From assembly GCA_021790195.1 (NCBI GenBank), contig JAJYIF010000018.1, forward strand, positions 9,446-73,445: a stretch of 64,000 bases of DNA. Direction: 5' to 3'. The stretch comes from Nitrospirota bacterium (GTDB taxonomy: Bacteria > Nitrospirota > Thermodesulfovibrionia > Thermodesulfovibrionales > UBA9159). The notes below the pieces were generated by a model. That model was not told where the DNA came from, searched no databases, and saw nothing but the letters and a program-made list of their open reading frames with translations. The translations under genes were made by a program, and so were the position numbers. Position 1 is the first letter of the stretch. Every line of letters begins with the position of its first letter. Below are positions 27,412 through 37,234 of the stretch, piece by piece.

Positions 27412-27985
27412 AATATTCTATCCCCCTCCTGATCGCTTCTCTGTTGCCTTCGATCGTCTTTCCTCTCTTGGCTGCAGTCAGCTTCTCAAGGGCGCTAAGG
27501 ACGTTCCCGGTCTTCAGTGCCCCGGTCACCGCGACCAGGGCGCCGAGCATGACCATGTTGGCGGACCTGACGCGGGAGGCAGAAAGGGCGGCGCCTTCTC
27601 GCGAAGGAGCGTCTTCGCCTATGGAGGAAGCAATGTCACTGGCCGGGATGCCCACGGCGCGGATATCCGGCCTTAGTTCCGAAGACCCGACAAGAGATGA
27701 GTCAAACAACATGACCCCTTCCTGCTTAAGTCTCGGCTGGAACTTCTTCAGCGACGCCCCGTTCATCACGATCAGCACATCCGGATTCCTCAGGATCGGC
27801 GAGCCTATAAGGTCGTCCGAGATTATAACCGTGGAGTTGGCAGTGCCGCCCCTGACTTCGGCGCCATAGGAGGGAAAACATGTGACTTCCTTCCCTTCAA
27901 GCATCCCCGCGTAGGCGATAAGTCTGCCGAGCAGGAGTATGCCCTGCCCGCCTGAGCCGGCAACCAATATCCCGGTCTCCATCAC
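27392..27985 (-). CDS. 2-oxoacid:ferredoxin oxidoreductase, gamma subunit
   Basis: 197 aa; N-terminal ILVAGSGGQGILLLG motif; 4-nt overlap with the beta subunit. Confidence 0.8.
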   Translation of the reverse strand: MMETGILVAGSGGQGILLLGRLIAYAGMLEGKEVTCFPSYGAEVRGGTANSTVIISDDLIGSPILRNPDVLIVMNGASLKKFQPRLKQEGVMLFDSSLVGSSELRPDIRAVGIPASDIASSIGEDAPSREGAALSASRVRSANMVMLGALVAVTGALKTGNVLSALEKLTAAKRGKTIEGNREAIRRGIEYFADKKS

Positions 27986-28755
27986 TCCTGAACGCCCTCA
28001 CCGCCCGCAGAGGTCTCTGCAAACTTGTCTTTAAGAACTCCGAGTTTGAATATGCGCATCATGTCCGTCCGCATCCATTTGACGGAGTCCTCGGGGGAGA
28101 GTCCCCAGTCGGTCGGGCAGGGCGAAAGTATCTCGATGAGACTGAAGCCCTTATTCTCCATCTGGTATCTGAAGGCCTTTTCGATGAGGGCCTTTGTCCG
28201 GAGGAGGTTCTTAGGTGAATCGACCGATGTCCGCGCAATCAGGGAGGTGCCCTCGATTGTGGCCAACAACTCCGAGACATGAAGCGGATAGCCGGTCAGT
28301 TTCGCTTCTCTGCCCTTTTGTGTTGTAGAGGTCCTCTGGCCGATAAGGGTGGTGGGCGCCATCTGGCCGCCGGTCATCCCATAGGTCGCATTATTCACAA
28401 AGAATACGGTAATATTCTCCCCCCTTGCGGCAGCGTGAATTATCTCGGAGGTGCCTATCGCGGCGAGGTCCCCGTCCCCCTGATACGAAAAAATGATCCG
28501 GTCGGGCAGGACCCTCTTCATCGCGGTCGCGGCCGCCGGAGGGCGGCCGTGGGCGACCTCCAGCGTGTCGAAATCAAAATAATCGTATGCAAAAACAGCA
28601 CAGCCCACAGGGGCTATGCTGATCACCTTTTCACGAATACCAAGCGCGTCGATGCCTTCGGCCACGAGCCTGTGTATGAGGCTATGTCCGCAGCCCGGGC
28701 AGTACCTGAACGGCGCCGGCTTGAGACTCTTTGGTCTTTCAAAGGCCGTCTTCAT
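27982..28755 (-). CDS. 2-oxoacid:ferredoxin oxidoreductase, beta (TPP-binding) subunit
   Basis: 257 aa; YCPGCGH and GDGD...NNATYGMTGGQ thiamine-diphosphate motifs. Confidence 0.85.
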   Translation of the reverse strand: MKTAFERPKSLKPAPFRYCPGCGHSLIHRLVAEGIDALGIREKVISIAPVGCAVFAYDYFDFDTLEVAHGRPPAAATAMKRVLPDRIIFSYQGDGDLAAIGTSEIIHAAARGENITVFFVNNATYGMTGGQMAPTTLIGQRTSTTQKGREAKLTGYPLHVSELLATIEGTSLIARTSVDSPKNLLRTKALIEKAFRYQMENKGFSLIEILSPCPTDWGLSPEDSVKWMRTDMMRIFKLGVLKDKFAETSAGGEGVQE

Positions 28756-29684
28756 TCGCTCATCTCCTTCAGCAGGCCTTCGAGCAGCCCGTAATCGCTC
28801 GCTATGATTTCCTGAAAACCGAAAAATTCCATGAGTTTAATTGTAAGCAGAATACCGGGGATAATCAAGTCGGCCCTGCCCGGATCAAGACCGTCAACTT
28901 TCATCCTCCTCGAAAGAGGCAGGCGGACGAGCATGTCTTTGAGCTTGTAGAGTCTTCCTATGTCCGTCTTGTGCATATGTATCCTGCTCGGATCGTATGT
29001 CGCAAGTCCAAGGTCCAGAGATGCCAGTGTCGTTATCGTACCGCCGGTCCCCACGAGTCTGACAGCCCTGGATCCGGATGTGTACTTCTTTCCCGCGAGG
29101 CCCACTTTCGGGAGTTGTGTCTCTATTTCCTTTTCGAGGGCCTTCAGGTCAAGTTCGGAAGGCGGATCGGCCCTTATAAACCTCTCGAGGAGTTTTATGA
29201 CGCCAAGGTCCAAAGAACCGTATGACGGCGTACCGGTCCGCTCCGGATCGAAGCTGATCCATTCAGTGCTTCCCCCGCCGATATCTATAATCAACGAAGG
29301 GGCGAGAGGCTCTCTAAATCCGAGCAGGACCCCTTTTGAGGTGAGCTCGGCTTCTTTTGCGCCGGAAATGATCTCGATCTTCGTCCCGGTTTCCTGAAAA
29401 ACTTCATCGAGGAAGTCACGGCTGTTAAGGGCCTCCCTGAGTGCGCTGGTTCCGACTGCGCCGATGCGCATTGCTCCGTATTCTCGGAATATCAAGGAAA
29501 AACTCCTGAGCACAGACACGGACCTCTTCATGTTCTCTTCCCTTAGGGTCCCCGAATCCCCGATACCCTCGGCAAGTCTCGTAACGACACGGTCCGTGCA
29601 GAGGCGCGACAAGGAATTACCGCGGACTTCTCCGATGAGCATTCTTATCGTATTGGAGCCTACATCAACGGCAGCGGATCTCAT
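28752..29684 (-). CDS. Ppx/GppA-family phosphatase
   Basis: 310 aa; AVDVGSNTIRMLI and IIDIGGGSTE ASKHA-fold phosphate motifs. Confidence 0.8.
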   Translation of the reverse strand: MRSAAVDVGSNTIRMLIGEVRGNSLSRLCTDRVVTRLAEGIGDSGTLREENMKRSVSVLRSFSLIFREYGAMRIGAVGTSALREALNSRDFLDEVFQETGTKIEIISGAKEAELTSKGVLLGFREPLAPSLIIDIGGGSTEWISFDPERTGTPSYGSLDLGVIKLLERFIRADPPSELDLKALEKEIETQLPKVGLAGKKYTSGSRAVRLVGTGGTITTLASLDLGLATYDPSRIHMHKTDIGRLYKLKDMLVRLPLSRRMKVDGLDPGRADLIIPGILLTIKLMEFFGFQEIIASDYGLLEGLLKEMSE

Positions 29685-29792
29685 GGCAAGTGCCTTATTT
29701 TAACATATTGCCCCGAGAATACTTTCTCAGGACCGGCTTGCGGGAGTGTATTTTAAGTTAAAAATATTCGTTTATTATGTTAAAATTGGCAC

Positions 29793-30215
29793 ATGCAACG
29801 CCAAAAGGTGATAGCGAGGTTCGTTGATGGGAGAGTCCTGAAGACTTATGTCCTTGATTTTTCGCCGTATGACGAATTTGTTACGGTTGAGGACGAAGCT
29901 AGAAGCGTACAAAGGCTTAAGGTCGACGAGCTGAAGGCGATTTTTTTTGTGAAGTCGTTTGAGGGCGATAAAAACCGCAGCGACAAGAAGGCCTTCGTAT
30001 GGAAGTCTTCGACGGGGAAAAGAGTTTTCGTGAAATTCAAGGACGGTGAGTATATGACCGGGTATGTGGAGGGCGACATTCCGTGGAAGAAGGGTTTTTT
30101 TCTCGAACCCGGCAAAGGAAAGGGTTTCTTTCTCATCCCCGTGGATGAAGAGGGCAATAACCTGAAGGTTTTTGTGGTTGCAAGCTCGGTCTGGGACGTG
30201 ACGGTGCTCGGGTGA
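29793..30215 (+). CDS. Hypothetical protein made of two copies of a small beta-rich module
   Basis: 140 aa; VIARFVDGRVLKTYVLDF...LKAIFFVKSF versus VFVKFKDGEYMTGYVEGD...LKVFVVASSV. Confidence 0.45.
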   Translation: MQRQKVIARFVDGRVLKTYVLDFSPYDEFVTVEDEARSVQRLKVDELKAIFFVKSFEGDKNRSDKKAFVWKSSTGKRVFVKFKDGEYMTGYVEGDIPWKKGFFLEPGKGKGFFLIPVDEEGNNLKVFVVASSVWDVTVLG

Positions 30216-30880
30216 AAAAAGCTCTTCCGAGGTCTGCAGCGGCACGGTCTCTTTTTATCGTTGCCCTTATCTTGTATATATCCGTTCCGGTGCTCGCCGG
30301 GTCCGCGCCCGACTCCGAATCAGCAGTAGAGAAGATCCAGAAGGCCTACGGGAATATCAAAGACATAAAGGGGAGCTTTGTGCAGAAGAGCTTTATCAAA
30401 GACCTCAAGCGGACCGATACTTTCAGGGGGACCTTCATGATAAAGCTGCCGTCGAAGATGAAGTGGCAGTATGGCGGGGGAGGAAAGCATACCGAGGTCA
30501 TTATCGACAACGACGAGCTGCTGATCTATCAGAAGGATGAAAAGCAGGTGTTGAAGGGGAGGTTCGACAGGGGCAGCTACGGCCAGGCGCCTATTGCGCT
30601 TCTGGGCGGGTTCGGCAGCATAAAGAACGAATTTGAGGCGTCAGAAAAGGACGGCAGGCTTTTTTTGAAACCCAGGAAACCCATGGGGAACGTGGCTTCT
30701 ATTGAGATAGTCCCCTCGGAGGGGGAATTTCCTATCGGCTCCCTGTTGATAACGGACAAACGGTCGAACAGGATAGAAATCACGCTTAAGTCAGTGACCG
30801 TCAACACTGGGATAAAAGACTCCGCGTTTGCGTTTCCCGTGCCCAAAGGCGTCAGCGTCTATGAGTATAACCAGCCATAA
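30212..30880 (+). CDS. lolA: Outer-membrane lipoprotein carrier protein LolA
   Basis: 222 aa; signal peptide; FxQ...F.G.f.ikkP.k.rW.Y-type LolA N-terminal pattern (GSFVQKSF...FRGTFMIKLPSKMKWQY). Confidence 0.7.
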   Translation: MKKALPRSAAARSLFIVALILYISVPVLAGSAPDSESAVEKIQKAYGNIKDIKGSFVQKSFIKDLKRTDTFRGTFMIKLPSKMKWQYGGGGKHTEVIIDNDELLIYQKDEKQVLKGRFDRGSYGQAPIALLGGFGSIKNEFEASEKDGRLFLKPRKPMGNVASIEIVPSEGEFPIGSLLITDKRSNRIEITLKSVTVNTGIKDSAFAFPVPKGVSVYEYNQP

Positions 30881-31884
30881 TGCTCATTCTCGGAATAGAC
30901 ACGTCGTGTGACGACACCTCGGCGTCTGTCGTTGAAGACGGCGTAAAGATTGTTTCCAACATCGTTTCGAGCCAGGAGGCCATCCACAGCAAATACGGAG
31001 GTATCGTGCCCGAGCTCGCTTCGCGCAGGCATATCGAAATGATATGGCCTGTGGTCCGGGAGGCGCTGCGTCGCGCGGATACCGGATTAGACGACCTTTC
31101 GGCAGTTTCGGTCTGTCACGGTCCCGGGTTGATCGGCTCTCTGCTCGTGGGCTGCTCCTTCGCGAAAGCCGTCTGTTTTTCGAGGGGACTCCCCCTGGTT
31201 TCCGTGAACCATCTCGAAGGTCATATTTTTTCGTGCTTCCTGTCCGATAAGGAGGCGCATGAATCAGGCCGTCCGGAGTTCCCTTTTATAGCCCTGATCG
31301 TGTCCGGAGGCCACACGAGCCTTTACCGGGTCGACGGGTTTGGGCTTTATAAAGAACTGGGCCGGACAAGGGACGACGCTGCGGGCGAAGCGTACGACAA
31401 GGTATCGAAACTCCTCGGACTCGGTTATCCCGGCGGACCGGTAATCGACGCAATGGCGAGACAGGGCGACCCACGGGCAGTAGATCTCCCGCGCGCTTAT
31501 CTTCCGGAGGACCTTGACTTCAGCTTTAGCGGTCTGAAGACTGCGGTAATGAATTATCTGAAGGGAGCAAAGGAAGTCCCGGTCTACGATATCTGCGCCG
31601 GTTTTCAGCAGGCAGTGGTAGATGTCCTTGTGAGGAAGACTGAATGGGCCGCGCTGAGAGAGGGGGTGGGCACGGTCGCGGTTGCCGGCGGCGTGGGCGC
31701 GAACAGTCTATTGCGAACGGACCTGGCCCGGATGGGCGAGAAAAACGGGGTGCGGGTGTTCTTCCCGCCCATACCGCTCTGCACCGACAACGCGGCCATG
31801 ATAGCGGCCGCCGGGTATCAGCACTTCATTTCCAACAAGCTCGCTGGCATGGATTTGAACCCTGTAGCGTATCTACCGCTCTAA
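30880..31884 (+). CDS. tsaD: tRNA N6-adenosine threonylcarbamoyltransferase
   Basis: 334 aa; ILGIDTSCDDTS, HLEGH and SGGHT motifs of the Kae1/TsaD family. Confidence 0.9.
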   Translation: MLILGIDTSCDDTSASVVEDGVKIVSNIVSSQEAIHSKYGGIVPELASRRHIEMIWPVVREALRRADTGLDDLSAVSVCHGPGLIGSLLVGCSFAKAVCFSRGLPLVSVNHLEGHIFSCFLSDKEAHESGRPEFPFIALIVSGGHTSLYRVDGFGLYKELGRTRDDAAGEAYDKVSKLLGLGYPGGPVIDAMARQGDPRAVDLPRAYLPEDLDFSFSGLKTAVMNYLKGAKEVPVYDICAGFQQAVVDVLVRKTEWAALREGVGTVAVAGGVGANSLLRTDLARMGEKNGVRVFFPPIPLCTDNAAMIAAAGYQHFISNKLAGMDLNPVAYLPL

Positions 31885-31936
31885 AGTCCTTCCGGTCTCT
31901 GCACTCCGGGCTCTCTTTTTGTTATTATAGAATACA

Positions 31937-33979
31937 ATGAGGGGCTATATTGTAATCATAGGCATCCTTGCGATCATTATTTCTTCATTGATAACTTTGA
32001 ACATTTCGTTTCAGCAGACCCTTCAGATGGAGATGGCCGAGCAGTTCAACAAACAGCAACTGCTTCTGGCAAGCGCCGAGGCATCGAACATCCAGACCTA
32101 TATTAACAACACAAGGGACAGGATGGTCCACGTCGCACAGGTAGTCTCCGCAATCCAGATTCGGAGCCGGAAGGATTTTGAGTGGCTGACAAGCTGGATA
32201 TTCAAGGGCATCGGCGATGTGAGGAGGGTCGTTTTTTTCCTGGATGGCAACGGCAAGGCCCTTTTCACTGAGGGAGGCCTGACGTCCGAAGGCTCCTACA
32301 GCAAGGACGACCTCATAAGAATGGCGAAGAGGTATTGTCCGTCGGACGTCTTAATAAAGCAGGACAAGAAGAGGGTGAACCTCGTCGCTCCGGTGTGTCG
32401 ATCGGGGCAACTTGTCGGGGCCGTGCTGGTCAATCTTTCCATACGCGACATTGCTAAGGAATTCCTGGAGCCTATAAAATCCGGATCGAGGGGGTATGCA
32501 TGGATGATGGACGACAAGGGCGACCTCCTTTATCATCCTACCCAGCCGGGGATGGTCGGCAAGAACCTTTACAAGACTGACGCCTCGTGCTTCAAGTGTC
32601 ACAAAGGCTTTGACGTGGAGAAAAAGATCATCGAAGGGGGAGGCGACTACTATGGAAAGTACGTGGCGCCGTCTGGTCAGGACAAGATACTCGCGTTTTC
32701 ACCGGCGTCCGTAGGCGATTCGAAATGGATAGTAGTCGTGTCGGCGCCTTATTCGGAAGTCACTGTCTCGATACAACGGTCCATGAAATTTTACTCATGG
32801 CTTATTATCTTGATTTTTGTCACTATGAGCCTGGCGTCTGTGATGATGGTATTTTTTTATAGGAAAAGGGTGAAAACAGAGGAGATCGAGAGGCGCCAGA
32901 AGGAGCTCGAAAGCTACGCCGGGGATCTGGAGCGGAAGGTGAACAAAAGGACCGCAGAGTTGTCCGCCGAGAAAGAGAAGCTTAACACTGTAGTAAGCGC
33001 CATAGGGAGCGGCCTGGTTCTTCTCGATACCCAGGGGAAGATTCAATGGTCGAACCGGACCATGAATGAAATGGCGGGGAGGGACGTTACCGGGATCTAT
33101 TGCGAGGAGCTTTGCAGGGACTGCACGGTCATCGGCTCATATGCGGTGGACGATATGCAGACGGAGATCGTCTCGAACCTTTTCGGAAAGAGAGACAGGT
33201 ATTATCAGGTGACGACTGCTCCGGTGAAGGGGACCGAGAGGGACGTGCACGGGTATATCAGACTGATTCAGGATGTGACCGAGATGAAGACGATGGAGGA
33301 GCAGATGATGCACTCAGAGAAGCTTGCCTCTCTCGGACGCCTGACCGCCGGGATAGCCCATGAGATTGGAAACCCCCTGACATCGGTGTTTTCCTTTGTT
33401 CAGATCCTCAGAGAGATGGAGCAGGACGAATTCAAGAAAGAGAGCCTTGGCACGATCTATTTTCATATAAACAGGATTGCGGACATACTGAAACACCTAT
33501 CCGGCTTTTCCAAGGCGCCGCAGGTGGAGCTGAAGCCATGGAAGGTGAACAGCCTCATAGAATCTTCGCTTTCTCTCATTCAGTATGACAAGAGGGCGAA
33601 GGACATTGCAATTGTGAGGGACCTCTGGCCGGACATGCCGGAGATCACGACAGACGGCAATCAGCTCTCGCAGGTCATCGTAAATATTGTGCTGAACGCC
33701 GTGGATGCAATGCCGGGGGGCGGGACGCTGACCATCCGGAGCAGGGTAAGGCACGGCAATATCGTGATTGAGTTTGAGGACACGGGGGTCGGGATACCAA
33801 AAGAGAATCTCGGAAGGATCTTTGATCCCTTCTTTACGACCAAGGAAAAGGGGACCGGCCTCGGCCTGGCTGTGAGTTACAGCATAATCAAGAAACTGAA
33901 CGGCAGCCTCACTGTGGAAAGTGAGCAGAACAGGGGATCGAAGTTTGTGATCACCCTTCCCGCGGACGGAGCGAAATGA
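31937..33979 (+). CDS. Sensor histidine kinase: periplasmic Cache-like domain containing a CxxCH motif, PAS, HisKA, HATPase
   Basis: 680 aa; two TM helices flanking about 270 aa; CFKCH at 32588-32602; H-box [11 protein letters not shown]; N, G1, G2 boxes. Confidence 0.85.
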   Translation: MRGYIVIIGILAIIISSLITLNISFQQTLQMEMAEQFNKQQLLLASAEASNIQTYINNTRDRMVHVAQVVSAIQIRSRKDFEWLTSWIFKGIGDVRRVVFFLDGNGKALFTEGGLTSEGSYSKDDLIRMAKRYCPSDVLIKQDKKRVNLVAPVCRSGQLVGAVLVNLSIRDIAKEFLEPIKSGSRGYAWMMDDKGDLLYHPTQPGMVGKNLYKTDASCFKCHKGFDVEKKIIEGGGDYYGKYVAPSGQDKILAFSPASVGDSKWIVVVSAPYSEVTVSIQRSMKFYSWLIILIFVTMSLASVMMVFFYRKRVKTEEIERRQKELESYAGDLERKVNKRTAELSAEKEKLNTVVSAIGSGLVLLDTQGKIQWSNRTMNEMAGRDVTGIYCEELCRDCTVIGSYAVDDMQTEIVSNLFGKRDRYYQVTTAPVKGTERDVHGYIRLIQDVTEMKTMEEQMMHSEKLASLGRLTAGIAHEIGNPLTSVFSFVQILREMEQDEFKKESLGTIYFHINRIADILKHLSGFSKAPQVELKPWKVNSLIESSLSLIQYDKRAKDIAIVRDLWPDMPEITTDGNQLSQVIVNIVLNAVDAMPGGGTLTIRSRVRHGNIVIEFEDTGVGIPKENLGRIFDPFFTTKEKGTGLGLAVSYSIIKKLNGSLTVESEQNRGSKFVITLPADGAK

Positions 33980-35331
33980 AACCGAAAATACTGGTGGTCG
34001 ACGACGAAAAGGACATCTGCAGGGCGCTGGAGTTTCTCCTCAGGAGCGAAGGACATGCGAGCTCTGTCGCTTACGGAGGGGAAGAGGCGCTGGAGAAACT
34101 GAAGAAGGAGCATTTTGACGTTGTCATTACCGATCTCAAGATGGACAGGGTGGACGGCGTTGCGGTCCTCGAAAAGGCCAAGGAGCTCAGCTCCGACACC
34201 GCAGTAGTGATAATGACCGCCTTTGCATCGGTGGAATCAGCGGTAGAGACCATGAAAAAGGGGGCCTCTGACTATATCGTGAAACCGTTCCTCAACGAGG
34301 AGATCAAAATAACCATCCGGAGGATCCTTGAGCAGAGGAGGCTCGTGCAGGAGAATATCGCCCTAAGGCAGCAGTTGAGCCAGCACATGGGGTGTATGGA
34401 ATTCGTCGCCAACTCTGAAGCGATGCTCAGCGTAATGACAACGCTCGAAAAAGTCATACCCACCAAGAGTAACATCCTTTTGCTGGGAGAAAGCGGCACC
34501 GGCAAGGGACTTATCGCGGAGATGGTACACTGTAACAGCCCCAGAAGAGACAAGCCGTTCATATCGATTAACTGCTCTGCCATCCCGGAGGGCCTTCTCG
34601 AGTCCGAGCTTTTCGGATACAAGAGAGGCGCCTTTACCGGAGCTGTGGTCGATAAGACCGGGCTGATCGTCATGGCAAATCAGGGCACTCTTTTCCTTGA
34701 CGAGATAGGCGATATGGCCCTGAACCTTCAGGCCAAGCTCCTGAAGGTGCTTGAATCTTCCGAGGTCACCCCTCTCGGCGATACGAGATCCAGGAGCGTC
34801 GATGTCAGACTAGTGACGGCAACTAACCAGGACCTTGAGGAGAGGATAAAGAACAAGATGTTCAGGGAGGACCTCTACTACAGACTGAACGTCATAGAGG
34901 TGAGGATACCTCCCCTGCGCGAGAGAAAAGAGGACGTGCCCATGCTCATCAATTATTTCGTCAAGCGGTATTCGGCGGAGAACAACAAGCCGCTGAAAAG
35001 GGTCGACGGGAGCGCGATGGGGGTCCTAATGAGATATTCGTGGCCTGGCAACGTGAGAGAGCTCAGAAATGTGATCGAGCGTGCGGTGGTGCTTAGTCCC
35101 GGGGACGTGATAAAGGCCTCGGACCTGCCGGACAAACTCAGGAAGGAAGAAGCCCCGGCGGAGGGACAGCATGCGTCGCCCCTGAAACTTTCCGTTTCGG
35201 AGTACGAAAAGTCCCTTGTAATGAACGTTTATCATGCGCAGCGAAAGAACAAGGATGAAACCGCGAAGATACTGGGAGTGGACCTTGCCACCCTTTACAG
35301 AAAACTTAAGAAATACGGGATAGAGGATTGA
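33976..35331 (+). CDS. Sigma54-dependent response regulator (NtrC family)
   Basis: 451 aa; REC (VVDDE...D), AAA+ with GESGTGKG and GAFTGA, C-terminal Fis-type HTH; 4-nt overlap with the kinase. Confidence 0.9.
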   Translation: MKPKILVVDDEKDICRALEFLLRSEGHASSVAYGGEEALEKLKKEHFDVVITDLKMDRVDGVAVLEKAKELSSDTAVVIMTAFASVESAVETMKKGASDYIVKPFLNEEIKITIRRILEQRRLVQENIALRQQLSQHMGCMEFVANSEAMLSVMTTLEKVIPTKSNILLLGESGTGKGLIAEMVHCNSPRRDKPFISINCSAIPEGLLESELFGYKRGAFTGAVVDKTGLIVMANQGTLFLDEIGDMALNLQAKLLKVLESSEVTPLGDTRSRSVDVRLVTATNQDLEERIKNKMFREDLYYRLNVIEVRIPPLRERKEDVPMLINYFVKRYSAENNKPLKRVDGSAMGVLMRYSWPGNVRELRNVIERAVVLSPGDVIKASDLPDKLRKEEAPAEGQHASPLKLSVSEYEKSLVMNVYHAQRKNKDETAKILGVDLATLYRKLKKYGIED

Positions 35332-35630
35332 AGAAGGGATTCTACATAGGCGCGATTTTCGGAGGCCTCCTGGGGGTCATTATCTCCCTGAGCATGGACC
35401 TCATCCTCGGGGACTCGCTTGGGGGGGGCTGGAGGGACGCGGTCGCTCACGACCTCGGCGCATTGACCGGCGTGGCGTTCGGAAAGAACTCCTTTATTGT
35501 CATCATCGGCGCTGTGCTGGTAATCGCTTTAATCGCGGCCTTCGGCGCGGCCATCGGAGGCGTCTTCGGGGCCATGGTCTCCAGGCTGCTCTCCTTTCTT
35601 ACAAAAGAGCAGTCCGACAGGAACGTCTGA
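35328..35630 (+). CDS. Small glycine-rich membrane protein
   Basis: 100 aa; predicted TM helices rich in G/A/I; ATGA overlap with the response regulator stop. Confidence 0.45.
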   Translation: MKKGFYIGAIFGGLLGVIISLSMDLILGDSLGGGWRDAVAHDLGALTGVAFGKNSFIVIIGAVLVIALIAAFGAAIGGVFGAMVSRLLSFLTKEQSDRNV

Positions 35631-35663
35631 GTCTTTAACGGTCGTTTTGTGTAGAGACCGACA

Positions 35664-37025
35664 TCACTCTATGGCGAGATTCTTTATCTTCTTCCAGAGC
35701 GTCACCCTGCTGATCCCCAGATGCTTTGCCGTCAAGGTCTTGTTGCCTTTAAACAGGGCAAGGGCCGAGCGTATTTTTTCCCGGTCGCTGAGACTGTTGC
35801 TGGTCTCGTCCTTCTTTGTCTGCAGTATGTAGTCCGGCAGATCTGAGGCTTCTATGTTATCGCCCCGGCAGGTGATCGCGCAGTGCTCGAGGGCATTGAT
35901 GAGCTGACGGACGTTTCCAGGCCAACTGTAATTTTGCAGGAGCTCAAGCGCGTGTGCGCTTATCCTCTTGATCTCTTTGTTGTTGACGACCGATATCTTC
36001 TTAAGGTGATGAAAAGCGAGGACGGGAATGTCTTCGGTCTTCTCGCGCAAGGGAGGTATCTTGATGAAAATGGAATTTATCCTGTAGAACAGGTCCTCCC
36101 TGAACTTCTCCTGCGAGACAAGCCTCTGCAAATCGTGATTGGTGGCCGATATCAATCTGACATTCACCGGAATAGATCTGTTCTCTCCCACACGCTCCAC
36201 TACTTTTTCTTCGACTACTTTCAGGAGTTTCGCCTGCATGATCTGAGGCATGTCTCCTATTTCATCGAGAAAAATGGTCCCGTTGTGGGCCGCCTCAAAC
36301 CTGCCGACGCGATCGCTGATGGCCCCCGTGAAGGAGCCCTTCTTGTGGCCGAAGAGCTCGCTTTCGAGGAGGTGCTCGTTGAGAGAGGCGCAATTCACAT
36401 TGATGAACGGCCCGTCTTTCCTGCGGCTGAGGGAATGAATCGCATGGGCCGCGAGGTTCTTGCCCGTTCCGCTCTCCCCGCAGATCAAGACAGGGGCCTC
36501 GCTTGCAGCTGCGTTCCGGATCTGTTCGTAAAGGTCCTGCATGGGCTGGCTTTTCCCGAGGAGACCCATAAACCAATAGTCTTTCCTCAACTCGCGCTTC
36601 AGCTCTTCGAGCTCGAGCTCCTTCATATATAACGAAGTGATGTCGGTCATCGTCTCTACGGCGCCGACAATCTCGCCGGAGTTGTCCCTGAGGACGACCG
36701 CGTTTTTCAGCAAATAGACGGCCCTGCCGTTATGGGCCCTCATCCTGCATCTCTTGTTGCATATGGAGCCCTTAGTGAAAAGATCACAGCTCCTCTGCCT
36801 TCCCCCTTCGGTCAATATGACGCAGGTGTCGGAGTCAAGCAGGGTGCATGGTTTGCCGATTATCTCGTCTTTTGAGTAACCCGTTATCTCTTCGGCAGCT
36901 TTATTGAAGAAGAGTATGTTGCCGTCAAAATCCACCACCATGAGACCGTCCCTCATGGTGTCGACAATATTCATCAGGAAATTTGAATCTTTCAGCAGCG
37001 TCTCTAACATATTGCATGCATTCAA
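35664..37025 (-). CDS. Sigma54-dependent transcriptional activator with N-terminal Cys-rich PAS domain
   Basis: 453 aa; PAS ([22 protein letters not shown]), five Cys within 34 residues, AAA+ GESGTGKN / GSFTGA, Fis HTH. Confidence 0.85.
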   Translation of the reverse strand: MNACNMLETLLKDSNFLMNIVDTMRDGLMVVDFDGNILFFNKAAEEITGYSKDEIIGKPCTLLDSDTCVILTEGGRQRSCDLFTKGSICNKRCRMRAHNGRAVYLLKNAVVLRDNSGEIVGAVETMTDITSLYMKELELEELKRELRKDYWFMGLLGKSQPMQDLYEQIRNAAASEAPVLICGESGTGKNLAAHAIHSLSRRKDGPFINVNCASLNEHLLESELFGHKKGSFTGAISDRVGRFEAAHNGTIFLDEIGDMPQIMQAKLLKVVEEKVVERVGENRSIPVNVRLISATNHDLQRLVSQEKFREDLFYRINSIFIKIPPLREKTEDIPVLAFHHLKKISVVNNKEIKRISAHALELLQNYSWPGNVRQLINALEHCAITCRGDNIEASDLPDYILQTKKDETSNSLSDREKIRSALALFKGNKTLTAKHLGISRVTLWKKIKNLAIE

Positions 37026-37029
37026 TATT

Positions 37030-37120
37030 GTTAATTGACAATCTTAAAATGTTAATTAACGTTAATTAACATTAATTAATCATATTAACGCAGATTTGTC
37101 AATACAAAAGTTAATTGAGA
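37030..37120. promoter_or_regulatory. Cluster of palindromic GTTAATTRAC sites (candidate enhancer/UAS for the adjacent sigma54 activator)
   Basis: GTTAATTGAC (37030), GTTAATTAAC x2 (37051, 37061), ATTAATTAAT (37071), GTTAATTGAG (37110), flanked by inverted ATTGACAAT / ATTTGTCAAT. Confidence 0.45.
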
Positions 37121-37163
37121 GATAATCCTTTGAAAAGAAAGAAAAAATAAATTATGGAAAAGC

Positions 37164-37179
37164 AGGCATATGATTTGCT
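37164..37179 (+). promoter_or_regulatory. Sigma54 (-24/-12) promoter upstream of the USP array
   Basis: aGGCATatgatTTGCT: GG and GC spaced exactly as in TGGCAC-N5-TTGC; about 55 nt upstream of ATG 37235 and about 50-130 nt downstream of the palindrome cluster, with A-tracts between. Confidence 0.6.
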
Positions 37180-37234
37180 AATTTAAGAAGTTAACAACGG
37201 AAATCTTAACAGGGATAATTTGAGGGGTGGAGAG

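Noticed and set aside
29779-29795. TGGCAC-N5-..GC sigma54-like sequence
   Set aside because: The -12 element lacks TT (acGC), and the motif overlaps the ATG of the 29793 ORF, so it cannot serve that gene. No other downstream target fits.
35883-36632. 249-aa ORF antisense to the PAS sigma54 activator
   Set aside because: The sense frame carries Walker A and GAFTGA-type motifs. The antisense ORF has none.
37030-37120. Repeated short units that might hint at a CRISPR-like array (also considered for 60967-61635)
   Set aside because: The 10-bp palindromes are contiguous with no spacers, and the 168-bp units are in-frame coding repeats. No cas genes are present.
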